A stretch of 63,511 nucleotides of DNA, the filler included. It is 8 parts of 8 records of this genome, joined end to end, with 100 filler letters (N's around TTAATTAATTAA, not from the genome) between each part and the next. Parts side by side here need not be neighbours in the genome. Positions count along the whole stretch, not along the records: positions 1 to 8,531 come from SRR31147125_1809; positions 8,632 to 15,210 come from SRR31147125_1813; 6 more parts are not named here. One strand, 5' to 3'. Shown in pieces: positions 1 through 9,858 of the stretch. Positions within the stretch are counted from its first letter, which is position 1. The number at the start of each line of letters is the position of its first letter. The notes under the pieces were generated by a model. That model made no database searches and was not told where the DNA came from. It saw only the letters and a list, made by a program, of their open reading frames with translations. Made by a program: the position numbers and the translations under genes.

Positions 1-42
1 CGCTTAGCGGTTTAGAACCGCTTAGCGCATCCCTAGAGAAAA

Positions 43-3000
43 CTAAAACGAATTAATCCTCACCTCAATCTCATTCACTCCCGGCTCCAAACGAACCGTT
101 CCGAACGATAAATTAACGGTTTCACCATTCAGACTAACAACTGCTGTTTTCGGGAAATCCATTTCAAATTCGGCCACCATATTTGCAGGCAGTTCAATTT
201 TGTATTTTGAAAGACGATTACTCATTTTTTGATAATCGCCTTTAATCTGTCCGCGGATTGTAGGAACCACAATGGAACTGTTTTTCAGGCTTGCCATTTG
301 TGGTTTTATAATGGCTACTCCATATCCCGGAGTTTTAGGCTGAATTCCCCACAAATAACGCGGAACAATGTTAGCCGGCGCTGCTCCCCATGCATGGTTC
401 CAATCTGAATTCGGTTTATATTTCATATCCCAGGCTTCCATGGTAATGGTAGAGCCAACTTTAATCATGTTGAACCAACTACGGTCGTTCGTGGCAGTCA
501 TTAATTCCAGGGCATAATCGGCGGCACCGGCATTGTACAAGGCTTCCATTAAAAACTGTGCGCCGTAAACACTGCATCCCATTCCGCGTGTTTTTATGTA
601 ATCGGCCACCTTTGTTTTATAAGCATCAGGCACAATTCCAAATGCCAGTGGAAGCATGTTTGAATGAATAGCTCCGTGCTCGGTTTCAATGCCGTCTTTG
701 TAAAAACCTTTTTCTTTGTTGAACAGTAATTCATTCATCGATTTTTTCACTCGTGCAGCGCGCATTTCAAAATCGAGAGCCTCCTCAGATTTATTCAGAA
801 CACGGGCAAATTCAGCCATAATTTTCATGTTCTGATAGAAGAAACTATTGATTACTGTGCTTACCGGAGTAAATACAAAACCATCGCGCTCGCCTTGTGG
901 CCAGTCTTTGGGTAATTTCCAACCGGTGTCTTTTTGTGCAGGTGGCCAGTCAACAATATCGCGAACCCGCTGTGTAGTATCGGCAAAACCTAATTTAGCC
1001 ATAAATTCACCATCCATTTTTGGCGATTTTGTGCTGATTAACCCCTGCTCGTATTCCAGCTCCATTAAGGTTTTATGTTTCAGCGGCTCGTAATATTTTT
1101 CAATCAGCTCAGTGTTTCCGGTGTACATATAATCGGCGTAAAACAACAAAGCCATGTGTAATTGCCACTCGGTTGGCCAGGTCGGAAAATCCATAAAATA
1201 TTCAATAGTTTTGCGGGCAATGGAATATTCATTATCCACACAATAATGGCTCAGCTGATTCAGGTATGCATCGGCTTCGTACGGAATACGTTCGCGGTCG
1301 CCATCGACATAATAACCGGCAAACGATGTTGCTTTTTGCGAATATTTACACAGTTCCCAAACCTGATTTAAAATGTCGTCGGAACTTGAAAACGAACTGC
1401 TTTCATCGTCGAAATAATTGAAATAGGCAACCTGGGTTAAATCATCGGCTTGCAGATTCTCTACGCACTCAACCTCGGCATAACGGAAAGGCAGAATAAC
1501 CGGAAAAGTGTCGGGCATAGCCACTGCCATTGATTTTGTGTTTCGTTTGTCGGGCACTAAATCAATCTGATACTCTTTTTTTCCGGGCGACACCTTTAAC
1601 TCAACTTCTGCCGAACGAATTGTTCCACCTGGTTTCATATCAACTTTCCCGTCCAATAATTTTTCGCCCAAACGAATAATTAATGTTTCTTCCTTTTTAG
1701 CCGAATAGTTGATATTTAAAGTTGCAAAAGCATCCTTCCCGAAGTCGGCAAAATAGCTTCCGTCGGTAACCTTTTTAAACGATATAGGTATTATCTTTTC
1801 AATCTGAAACCAGTTGTGCGAGCTTAATTTTTCGCCAAACGCACCGGTAGTAAATTGTTGTGGTTCCGAATATTCTGAAATACGATTGTCTTTGTCAAAA
1901 ATGCGTACTTCCCAGAAATAAGTTTTGTTCTCTTCCAATTCGACACCAATTTCCACGTCCGAAGATTGATTGCTGCGAACATTTCCACTGTTCCAAACAT
2001 CACCAATATTGTTATTAATATTTTGTTTCGATGATGCCACCAAAACCTGATATCCCTTTTGTAAAACCGCCTCTTGAGGTACAATCCAGCTTAGCTCTGG
2101 TTTGCTGTCGATAATTTTTGTTTTCTGCGGTTCGCGAATGTATTCAACGGTTAATCCCGAAGGAATACCCGAATACGGATCGGCAAATCGTTGTCCCAAT
2201 TCATCGTTTTTAGAGCGAAACTCTTCCAGCACTTTTTTGTACTTCGGATTATTGGCGAGGTTGTTTATCTCTTTCGGATCTTTCTTCAAATTATAAAGTT
2301 CCTCGATAGACTTATCGTTTACATAGCGCAAATATTTCCATTCGTTGGTACGTACTCCTTCGCTTGGCGGAATATTTTCGAATTCCCAAAGGTGCTCTAC
2401 CAAAATAGTATCGCGGCCAATTTTTTTTGCTTCTCCGGTAACAACCGGCTTCAAACTTTTCCCGGCATGTTTCAGGAATTTCAACTCCTGCAAAATCCAG
2501 AATTGTGGCCGGAACGTCAATATTCAATCCCATTTCTTCAATATCGCGGTGTTTATTTACACGCGGATCGTAAACAATTAACGGCGTACGAATTGAATTA
2601 TCGTACATCAACCATTTTCCTGAAATTTGTCTTTCTCCGAGGAAAAAACCATTGTCGCCCAGCAGGATAATTACGGTATTTTCATCCAGACCTTTTTCTG
2701 CCAGCTTTTTCCTAATTTTGAAAATCTCCAGGTCAACACCGTAAATCATTCGGTAATAACCCTTTGTGCTATGCTGGTATTTTTCGGGTGTATCGTTTTT
2801 CCAGAACCAACGTTCGCGGTTGAATCCATCTTTTACTATTTTAGGCAGTGCATCAAAATATTTATCGTCCGAAATATCGGCTTTGGGCATTTGCATGTCC
2901 TGGTAAAGTTTATCGGGTTCATCTTGCCAGAAATATTGCAGTGGCGCGCCATCGTGGGCATGAGGCGCACTAAAACATAACGACAAAGAAAATGGTTTAT

Positions 3001-3577
3001 CGCCTGGTGCATTATCGATAAAATCGAGCGCCTTTTGCCCGGTATAACGAGTAAGATGAACAGTGTCGCCATCGAGCATTTTGTAATTGTAACCGCGGTA
3101 ATCTTTGTATCGCCCGTTTCTGTCGTAAATTTCTACCTGATCGAACATTTTCTCTCTTCCCGGCGAATTCACTCCAAATTTCCCGTAAAAACCGGTGTAA
3201 TAACCTGCTTCTTTTAAAAGTTTCGGGTAAGCCACATCCATAAACTCACTTCTAATATTCCCGGTTTGGAAGGTGTATTTGTGTGTGCGTTCGTGCAGTC
3301 CGGTAAAAATACTCGAACGACTTGCCGAACAAATGGGTGTTGTTACCACTGCATTTTTAAAATAAGCACCGGCTTCGGCCAACTTATCCATTTCGGGTGT
3401 TGTTGCCAAAGGATTTCCGGCATAACCAAGTGCACTCCAACGCTGATCGTCGGTTAAAATAAAAATGATATTGGGCTTTTCGCCTGTAACTTTAGTCTTT
3501 TTCTGGCAGTTTGCCTTTTGTACATTTCCGAAGAAGAAAAGACTGATAATAAAAAATAAGACTGAAATTCGTTTCAT
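43..3577 (-). CDS. Sulfatase (S1) fused to GH78 alpha-L-rhamnosidase; one gene split by a 1-nt frameshift near 2460-2470
   Basis: ORF 2312..3577 has a signal peptide, [13 protein letters not shown] and the formylglycine motif [14 protein letters not shown] 43..2520 continues the sulfatase C-terminus (GKSLKP...[12 protein letters not shown]), then FN3-like and GH78 motifs ([24 protein letters not shown]). Confidence 0.85.
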
Positions 3578-3816
3578 TATAATATGGTTGAATTGGTTCT
3601 AAAACAAAGAAAAGTAATTAACAAATTTGTGCATCCCGCATTATCCTGTTTCAAATCAGGATAGTTAATCATTCACGCAGATAGCGCAGATACTCGCAGA
3701 TAAATCCTTTTTGATACTTGTTAGTCAATATTTTCATAATTCTTTTAAACCTATAATGTTCTAATTGATTGTATTAATTTCATTTTTGGTTATCCGAATA
3801 GTAAGATGATGTTTTG

Positions 3817-5205
3817 TCATTCCAACTTCTCAGGTTTCTCATAATCATTTTTCATTGTGTAAGGCAATTTCCAAATATTACCCTCAAAATCGCCAAAATA
3901 AAGTTCGCTTTTACTGAAATTGTGCGAATGTCCGTCGGCCCAAAAGAAACAAAATGGTGCTTTGCCATTAACAACTTTTCTAACGTAAGAATGGCTCATT
4001 TCACTATTTTGAGTGAGTTGTTTTTCTTTTTCCCATGTTATTCCATTATCCGAAGAAATCCAGATTGCCAATTCGCCACCAACTCCCCATTTCTGAGGGC
4101 CGGGCTCTGTAGGGCCAACAATTTTGCACACATTCTTTTCTATGAATAAACTTCCCATATCGTAATTATGGTCCGATTCGGTAATTACAACTGTTTGCCA
4201 ACTATCTCCATTCCACTTTGTAATGCACCATTCGTAAGGTTTGCTAACACCGCCGGGCATATGACCGTAACTTCTTATATACAAACAAACCGGATTTCCT
4301 GCCTCATCGAAAGCCATATCTTTCATGTAAACATTTTTGCTTTTCGACGCATAATCGACAGCGCGTGCAGGCGAATTTTGTAAGGTTACCGGAATTTTCA
4401 CTTCTGTTCCGTCAGCTGTGGTCCAGGTTTTTCCAAAGTCGGCTGTTTGCAGGTAATACAAATCGGTTCGGCGGTCTACAATTCCGTTAGGATGGCGATT
4501 AAAAAACGTTCCCAAAACTTTATCGTTATAGATATTACTGGTTTGGTAATGGCCCGATTTTTCACCCTCGTAAACCGGAATATCAGCTAACAGTTTATCT
4601 TCAGTCCAGTTAGTTCCGTCTTTACTCGTTTCGAAGTACAATTTTCGAACGCCTGTATATTTCGTAAAGAAATGGAAGTATCCCTGATCCGCATTCCAGG
4701 GTTGCGGGTAAGTCATTTCTTCTTCGGTAACTTTTTCAAACTCGTCGATATTTAATGGCTTTTTACTTCGGAGTTTAAAACCCATTCGACGCTGACCACG
4801 ACCACTCACAAACACCCAAATATAATCCTCATCGTCAATCATTATCGATGGATTATCGTGCGGATCGTTTACGCCATTTTTATCGTATACAACGGTTGGG
4901 TTCGATACCATCCCGGTTTTGTGGTCGTATTCGCCAATCATACAAAGCAGGTACTTTTCATTTTCGGCTTTTGTTCCGCCGTAAACATAAAAGGTTTTGT
5001 TGGCTTTTTCGGAATAAATGGCCAGCGGAACATGTTTTGCAGTGTAGGTTCCGAGTGCTCCGGAATATTTATCTCCATCGCGGTATTTTTGGCCGAGTTC
5101 GAACCAAATGGCGCGGTAGCCATCTGTTTTTTTATTGTTGAGGGATTGAGCGCTGGTAACCAGGTTTGATGTTAAGTATAAAAAAATTAGAATCAGGTAT
5201 CTCAT
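3817..5205 (-). CDS. Secreted BNR-4 repeat (beta-propeller) protein, possibly a polysaccharide lyase
   Basis: Signal peptide; DPHDNPSI and TYPQP motifs; Asp-boxes SKDGTNW, TADFGKTW, SSDNGITW. Confidence 0.7.
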   Translation of the reverse strand: MRYLILIFLYLTSNLVTSAQSLNNKKTDGYRAIWFELGQKYRDGDKYSGALGTYTAKHVPLAIYSEKANKTFYVYGGTKAENEKYLLCMIGEYDHKTGMVSNPTVVYDKNGVNDPHDNPSIMIDDEDYIWVFVSGRGQRRMGFKLRSKKPLNIDEFEKVTEEEMTYPQPWNADQGYFHFFTKYTGVRKLYFETSKDGTNWTEDKLLADIPVYEGEKSGHYQTSNIYNDKVLGTFFNRHPNGIVDRRTDLYYLQTADFGKTWTTADGTEVKIPVTLQNSPARAVDYASKSKNVYMKDMAFDEAGNPVCLYIRSYGHMPGGVSKPYEWCITKWNGDSWQTVVITESDHNYDMGSLFIEKNVCKIVGPTEPGPQKWGVGGELAIWISSDNGITWEKEKQLTQNSEMSHSYVRKVVNGKAPFCFFWADGHSHNFSKSELYFGDFEGNIWKLPYTMKNDYEKPEKLE

Positions 5206-5303
5206 AGTTGGTGCTTTTATTATCGTTTATAAATGCGGCTCATGCAACGGGTATTCTTTGTTCAACACAGAAGGATGAGCCTGTTTTATTATATTGTTGT
5301 TGT

Positions 5304-5350
5304 CCCCCGGTTAAAACCGGGGGTTATTCATATTAAACTCCTTCGGAGTT
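5304..5350. repeat. REP-like double hairpin
   Basis: CCCCCGGTT-AA-AACCGGGGG (5304-5323) and AACTCC-TTC-GGAGTT (5336-5350), just after the PL8 stop codon. Confidence 0.55.
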
Positions 5351-5355
5351 CTCCT

Positions 5356-7440
5356 TTATTTATCTCGATTTAATAGTAAAGTTACTGTTTTTCCTGCTTG
5401 TTCGTTTTGTGGTAGAGCAACTTTAATCTTTGTTTTTCCATCCTGTTGCAAGGTGTTTTCACCCGAATAGTTCCCGTTTAATGTGAGGGTAACTTCGTTT
5501 AATTTTTGTGTTGGTTCTGCCACCGAAAACTGTATTTCGTTTTCATGTTTTTTCACCATTACCAAACATGGTTCATTGGTTTCAATTCCGCCAAGAATAT
5601 TCGATTTACCGGCTTCATAAAAAACTATTCCGGCAATATTTCCATCTTTCGAAATCACTTCTTGCCTGTTCTTTTTATTGCTTATTTCAAAAGGCAGTTC
5701 CTTTTCCATTTCTTCCAAATCGGATTTTGTTGCATTCGGAACAAGCATGTATTCGTACGATGCATTTTCAGGATTTACGCCATGTTCGAAATACAGATTG
5801 AATATTTTAGATGAAATCCATTCTTTTGATAAAAGTACAGTTACGTCGGTCCATCTACCTTTTACTACATCGGTTTTTAAAGTCATTTCTGAAGCTTTCG
5901 GGAAAACATATCCAAGCTGATTGTGCAAAATCCACTTGTACTTTTTACTGTCCTTTTTTGTTTCAACCTCGCCATTTAAATATGTTTGATTAACCGATGT
6001 GGTAACAGGCAAATCTTCATCGGAATTTATGCCTGATCCCAAACAAACAATTTTATTGTTGAACATAAACCATGATTTTTTAGCAGATAAACCGAGGCGG
6101 TTGTAATCTAACACCGCAATTCCGTTTTTACCATCGGAAACGCCACCAACAAAATCGCTGGGAATACGATAACCACGCGATGTTAAAACCGGCAAAGGTT
6201 CCTCATCTTGTAAGGTTGTGGTTCCGGGTATTTTTTTCCAATCCCAAAACGGAAATATGTTTTTGTACTCTTTTCCTGTTTGATAAATATAAGTGGCACC
6301 GTCGCCAAGATAATATCCCTGAATATTTTCGGAATTGCACGACTCGGCACCAATTACCCGGTTTGAACTCATTTTTACTGAGAAAAAATAATCGGGCGTG
6401 CGTTGAATCTGAATGTCGGAACGCCAGAAATGTTTATTCCCGACCTGATTTTTATAATCGTTCGCTTTTGTATATTCTTCTGCAAAATCAGAATCGAGAA
6501 CTTCCATTTTCCTGAAATCGGCGGCCAGCTTTTCGGCTTTCTTTTGTGGATCATTGGGACCAATTTGCCGGCCACAGGAACTAATATCCATTTCATTTTT
6601 CCAGACTACCCATTGTTGTCCTTCCAAAAGATAATTGCGCAAAATTTCAACCTTACTCTCGTCGAATTTAAACTGTGTATTTCGTAAAATTGAAATCCAC
6701 TTTATCATATCGCCAATGTAAGAAAGGCCGTAGTTTCCAAATTGCAATTGCGGTCCGTGTTGGTGGTACGACCAATCGGGCTGAACACCTTCGCTGGTGC
6801 TAACCACCAACTCTTCTTTTATCGATGCACTAGCCTTTTCAATCATTTCAGCATTGCGGGTAAGTAAGGAGGTTAGCAAAACATTTCCCGATTGCCAGAC
6901 TTTATTTTGCCCGGTTCGCCCAATTTCGCAGCGGTTTAAAATGGGCATGGCTTTTTTAATCTGTTCCTCCGAAAGCTCGGGTTCCATTAAAAAAAGTGTA
7001 GGTAATAATTGCATAGGTGTACCTATTACCGGATGCCACCAATTGGGACTTACAAAATCATTATTAAGCCAATGATTTAATGCCGCATGGATTTTGATAG
7101 AAACCTCAGGTTTTTGATAAAATTCAGTCTTGGGATTTTGGTAGGCCTTTGCTATGGCCTCCATTCTGTTTAAATGAAAACGTGGCGACCAGTACCCACG
7201 TGTTTTACTCGGATAATCTACATCGGGCCAGGTTCCATCAACGGACAAATCACTCAATAACTGAGCGACTTCCTGAACATCAACATCTTCGTTTAAAAAA
7301 TAAGTAACTACATTTTTATGCAACTGCTGCAACTCGTCGGGATAAACTTTTGTATGTTCGAATAAAACCGGGGAAGTATTTTGGCTACATGCAGCAACTA
7401 CAAACAGACTAATTAATAGAAGGTAAAAGCAAGTTTTCAT
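5356..7440 (-). CDS. Polysaccharide lyase family 8 (chondroitin/hyaluronate lyase-like) lipoprotein
   Basis: Lipobox VAAC; NWWHPVIGTP, TGQN, EGVQPDWSYHQHGPQLQFGNYG, WDWKKIPGTT, AKKSWF motifs. Confidence 0.9.
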   Translation of the reverse strand: MKTCFYLLLISLFVVAACSQNTSPVLFEHTKVYPDELQQLHKNVVTYFLNEDVDVQEVAQLLSDLSVDGTWPDVDYPSKTRGYWSPRFHLNRMEAIAKAYQNPKTEFYQKPEVSIKIHAALNHWLNNDFVSPNWWHPVIGTPMQLLPTLFLMEPELSEEQIKKAMPILNRCEIGRTGQNKVWQSGNVLLTSLLTRNAEMIEKASASIKEELVVSTSEGVQPDWSYHQHGPQLQFGNYGLSYIGDMIKWISILRNTQFKFDESKVEILRNYLLEGQQWVVWKNEMDISSCGRQIGPNDPQKKAEKLAADFRKMEVLDSDFAEEYTKANDYKNQVGNKHFWRSDIQIQRTPDYFFSVKMSSNRVIGAESCNSENIQGYYLGDGATYIYQTGKEYKNIFPFWDWKKIPGTTTLQDEEPLPVLTSRGYRIPSDFVGGVSDGKNGIAVLDYNRLGLSAKKSWFMFNNKIVCLGSGINSDEDLPVTTSVNQTYLNGEVETKKDSKKYKWILHNQLGYVFPKASEMTLKTDVVKGRWTDVTVLLSKEWISSKIFNLYFEHGVNPENASYEYMLVPNATKSDLEEMEKELPFEISNKKNRQEVISKDGNIAGIVFYEAGKSNILGGIETNEPCLVMVKKHENEIQFSVAEPTQKLNEVTLTLNGNYSGENTLQQDGKTKIKVALPQNEQAGKTVTLLLNRDK

Positions 7441-7472
7441 TTTTTAAGTTTTTGGTCGGTTTAAAAAGTTTT

Positions 7473-7498
7473 AAAACCCCGGAGCTCTCTCCGGGGTT
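7473..7498 (-). terminator. Probable intrinsic terminator hairpin
   Basis: AACCCCGGAG-CTCT-CTCCGGGGTT, followed by a short T tract on the minus strand, downstream of the heparinase-like gene. Confidence 0.5.
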
Positions 7499-7521
7499 AC
7501 AAAAATGGAACTCCGTTGGAG

Positions 7522-8531
7522 CTATTTGGTAAACTCAAACGTCAAATTCTCACTGTCGGAAAACGGAATATTCAATTTCCACTTTCCTTTATTCTTGCAC
7601 AGAATTTCCAGTTTTATTTCATTTTCGTTTTTCGAAATAATTTTTGCTTTAACAGCAGGAATTTTCTTTTCAGCAGGAACAAGCAGCCAAACAAAGGTTT
7701 CGTCGCCATTAATTTTAGTTGAATGAAGTACCGCTTTGTTTGGACAAAATTTATTGTATTCCTCGCTGTACCAACCCTGAATTTCAGGTTCTTCCTGTCC
7801 TTCAATCACGTCAACTTCCCAATCGTCTTTTTCAACCGGAATTACAGCCAGGTTGCCGTTTTTATTATTTGTTGAAATTGTTCCGTTTTTGGAAACTTCC
7901 ACAGTACAATCGGGATGCCAGTGCCAAAGTGTTTCAATTTCTCTGGCTTGTTTGGTTTCGATACGATCTACAACCACCCAAAACTTATCGCGTACATACA
8001 TTAATGCTCGCTTGTGTTTCACATTTTTCAGGTCGTAATACTTATCAAAACAATTCCAGGCGTAATCGTACTCCGGTGTAATTTTCCAATGTTTTTCAGC
8101 TAGTGGCTCTTCAATAACTCTCACATCGGGCATTTGGCCTTTACCATCAATTAAAACCGAATTGTGTCCTTGTGTTCCTTTTGCATAAGAACGAAATTTT
8201 TCTGCTACCGCGCCGGTGTAGGCAAAACGTCCGGCATCTACCAGTAAATCTCGTCCATAGGCCGAAATAGAAATATGAAGCTTATCGTTGTGCTGGTGTC
8301 CGCTTCCCCATGGGCCAACATCGAACAACGACCAGTGTGCATCTTTTTCAAAGCCATTTCGTGAGATTAAATGCCCTGCCCAAGGGAAAAAATACGACGG
8401 GCCATTTTTTGGCTTCACACCCGATTTTCCGTTAGTGGCAATGAATTCCCATTCCGGCTTATTAAATTTCTGTGCTCCTCCCAAAATAAATTCCATATCC
8501 GAACCACGGTCACCATCGTTGTTCAAAGCCC
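7522..8531 (-). CDS. Heparinase II/III-like lyase, C-terminal part (5' truncated at contig end)
   Basis: GPWGSGHQHNDKL, LLVDAGRFAY, GHNSVLIDG, FWVVVDRI motifs; frame runs into the spacer. Confidence 0.85.
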
Positions 8532-8631
8532 NNNNNNNNNNNNNNNNNNNNNNNNNNNNNNNNNNNNNNNNNNNNTTAATTAATTAANNNNNNNNNNNNN
8601 NNNNNNNNNNNNNNNNNNNNNNNNNNNNNNN
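8532..8631. other. Artificial contig spacer (N44-TTAATTAATTAA-N44)
   Basis: Identical 100-nt N-flanked six-frame stop linker, repeated seven times in the window. Confidence 0.98.
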
Positions 8632-8632
8632 G

Positions 8633-9070
8633 TCCATTGTCACTTCTGATATAGGCAGGGTACCTGAAGAACTTAATGATAGATTGGCGGATAGCTGGAG
8701 ACCATTATTAGCAATCGCTGATTCAATATGCGCAGAGATTGCATCCAACGCTAAATCTTGTGCAGTTCATCTTGATCGAAATGCTTTGTACAAAACTGAA
8801 GAAAACGACAATATTATAATGGATATAAAAAGAGTATTCGATGAGTATAAAGTAGAAAACATTACATCAATAGAGTTAGTGCAGGAATTGAAAGAAATTG
8901 AGGCCAGTAATTGGGTGGAATATAACGGAAAAGGCTTAAGTACTCATTCGCTGGCGAAAGAATTAAAAGGATATGGTATCCGTCCTAGGAAATGGAATAG
9001 AAATGGAAAAACCCAGCGGGGTTACTGTTTAGCAGACTTTAGGAAACTATTTTGTTCCTATGCTGCATAA
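8633..9070 (+). CDS. DUF3631-like C-terminal domain of a phage/integrative-element replication protein (5' truncated)
   Basis: Open from the contig edge: VPEELNDRLADSWRPLLAIAD...ITSIELVQEL...W.EYNGKGL...LAKELKGYGIRP...QRGY. Confidence 0.7.
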   Translation, partial: SIVTSDIGRVPEELNDRLADSWRPLLAIADSICAEIASNAKSCAVHLDRNALYKTEENDNIIMDIKRVFDEYKVENITSIELVQELKEIEASNWVEYNGKGLSTHSLAKELKGYGIRPRKWNRNGKTQRGYCLADFRKLFCSYAA

Positions 9071-9083
9071 TTTAAGAAAACAT

Positions 9084-9160
9084 AGTGCCACATACTTTTC
9101 AAGTGCCATCATCTAACCTGTTGATTTTACTATTAAATGTCAGTTGTGGCACTTGTGGCA
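9084..9160. repeat. Short converging GTGCCA/TGGCAC repeats (iteron/ori-like)
   Basis: AGTGCCACA 9084-9092 and AAGTGCCA 9101-9108 face TGTGGCACT 9145-9153 and TGTGGCA 9154-9160 across an AT-rich spacer. Confidence 0.5.
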
Positions 9161-9213
9161 GTTATTTCAACTGTATAGTAGGTGATGTCTTGAGTTAACC
9201 CATTATATGTAGT

Positions 9214-9566
9214 GTGCAATCGACTGCACTTTTAAAACTCTAAATGCAAATGTGCAATCGATTACACCACAAAAAAGCCTGATAATGATAGGCTGAAATC
9301 TCTTAAACTACTGACATCACTATGTATTTTTAAGAACGCATTCAAAGAAAATCGGCAATTTTATGTCGATTTTCTCTCGTTTGCCCGAAGAAATGATTGG
9401 CTTCTGGCATGAAAACAGTTCGCATAATGTACAAATTCAGTCAAAAACAGCCTTCAAATAGATAAACGACAGAACATGCGAATACACCATCAACCTCTGT
9501 CAAATTGATTCTGAAGCGATTTCAAAGCTTTTGCACATCATAACATTGGCGTGCAATCGATTGCAC
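9214..9566. promoter_or_regulatory. Three copies of the 16-bp palindrome GTGCAATCGATTGCAC
   Basis: 9214-9229 GTGCAATCGACTGCAC, 9252-9267 GTGCAATCGATTACAC, 9551-9566 perfect palindrome. Confidence 0.6.
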
Positions 9567-9749
9567 TCAGAGGAAATAGATCCAACATGAAACATAAGGT
9601 TAGGCCACTCACTGTAGGAAAATTTTTCTGAATATATAATGGCAAAGATTTTCTAGTCATTTCAAACATTTACAGATTCAATTATACATATTTAAAGTCA
9701 TTACAAATTAGCACAAGGCTTTATTAGTAAATAGATAACTTAAAAAAGC

Positions 9750-9778
9750 TTGACATTTAAAATTACTGTAAATACAGT
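9750..9778 (+). promoter_or_regulatory. Sigma70-type promoter with an overlapping palindrome
   Basis: TTGACA (9750-9755), 17 bp, TACAGT (9773-9778); ACTGTA-AA-TACAGT overlaps the -10; GGAGG RBS at 9847-9851 before ATG 9859. Confidence 0.6.
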
Positions 9779-9858
9779 GACACTAAGAAATAAAGGAAAT
9801 CACCCCCATTTCCTTTCATATCACATCATAATCTGTCGTTATTGCGGAGGATATTGTT

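Noticed and set aside
1-27. CGCTTAGCGGTT-TAG-AACCGCTTAGCG hairpin
   Set aside because: Truncated at the window edge; terminator versus REP cannot be decided.
8532-8631. Recurrent TTAATTAATTAA palindrome as a biological repeat
   Set aside because: Always centred in N runs of identical length; an assembly linker. ORF tails ending XXXLIN are artefacts.
9765-9778. Canonical LexA SOS box
   Set aside because: The spacing is CTGT-N4-ACAG, not CTGT-N8-ACAG; kept only as a generic palindrome.
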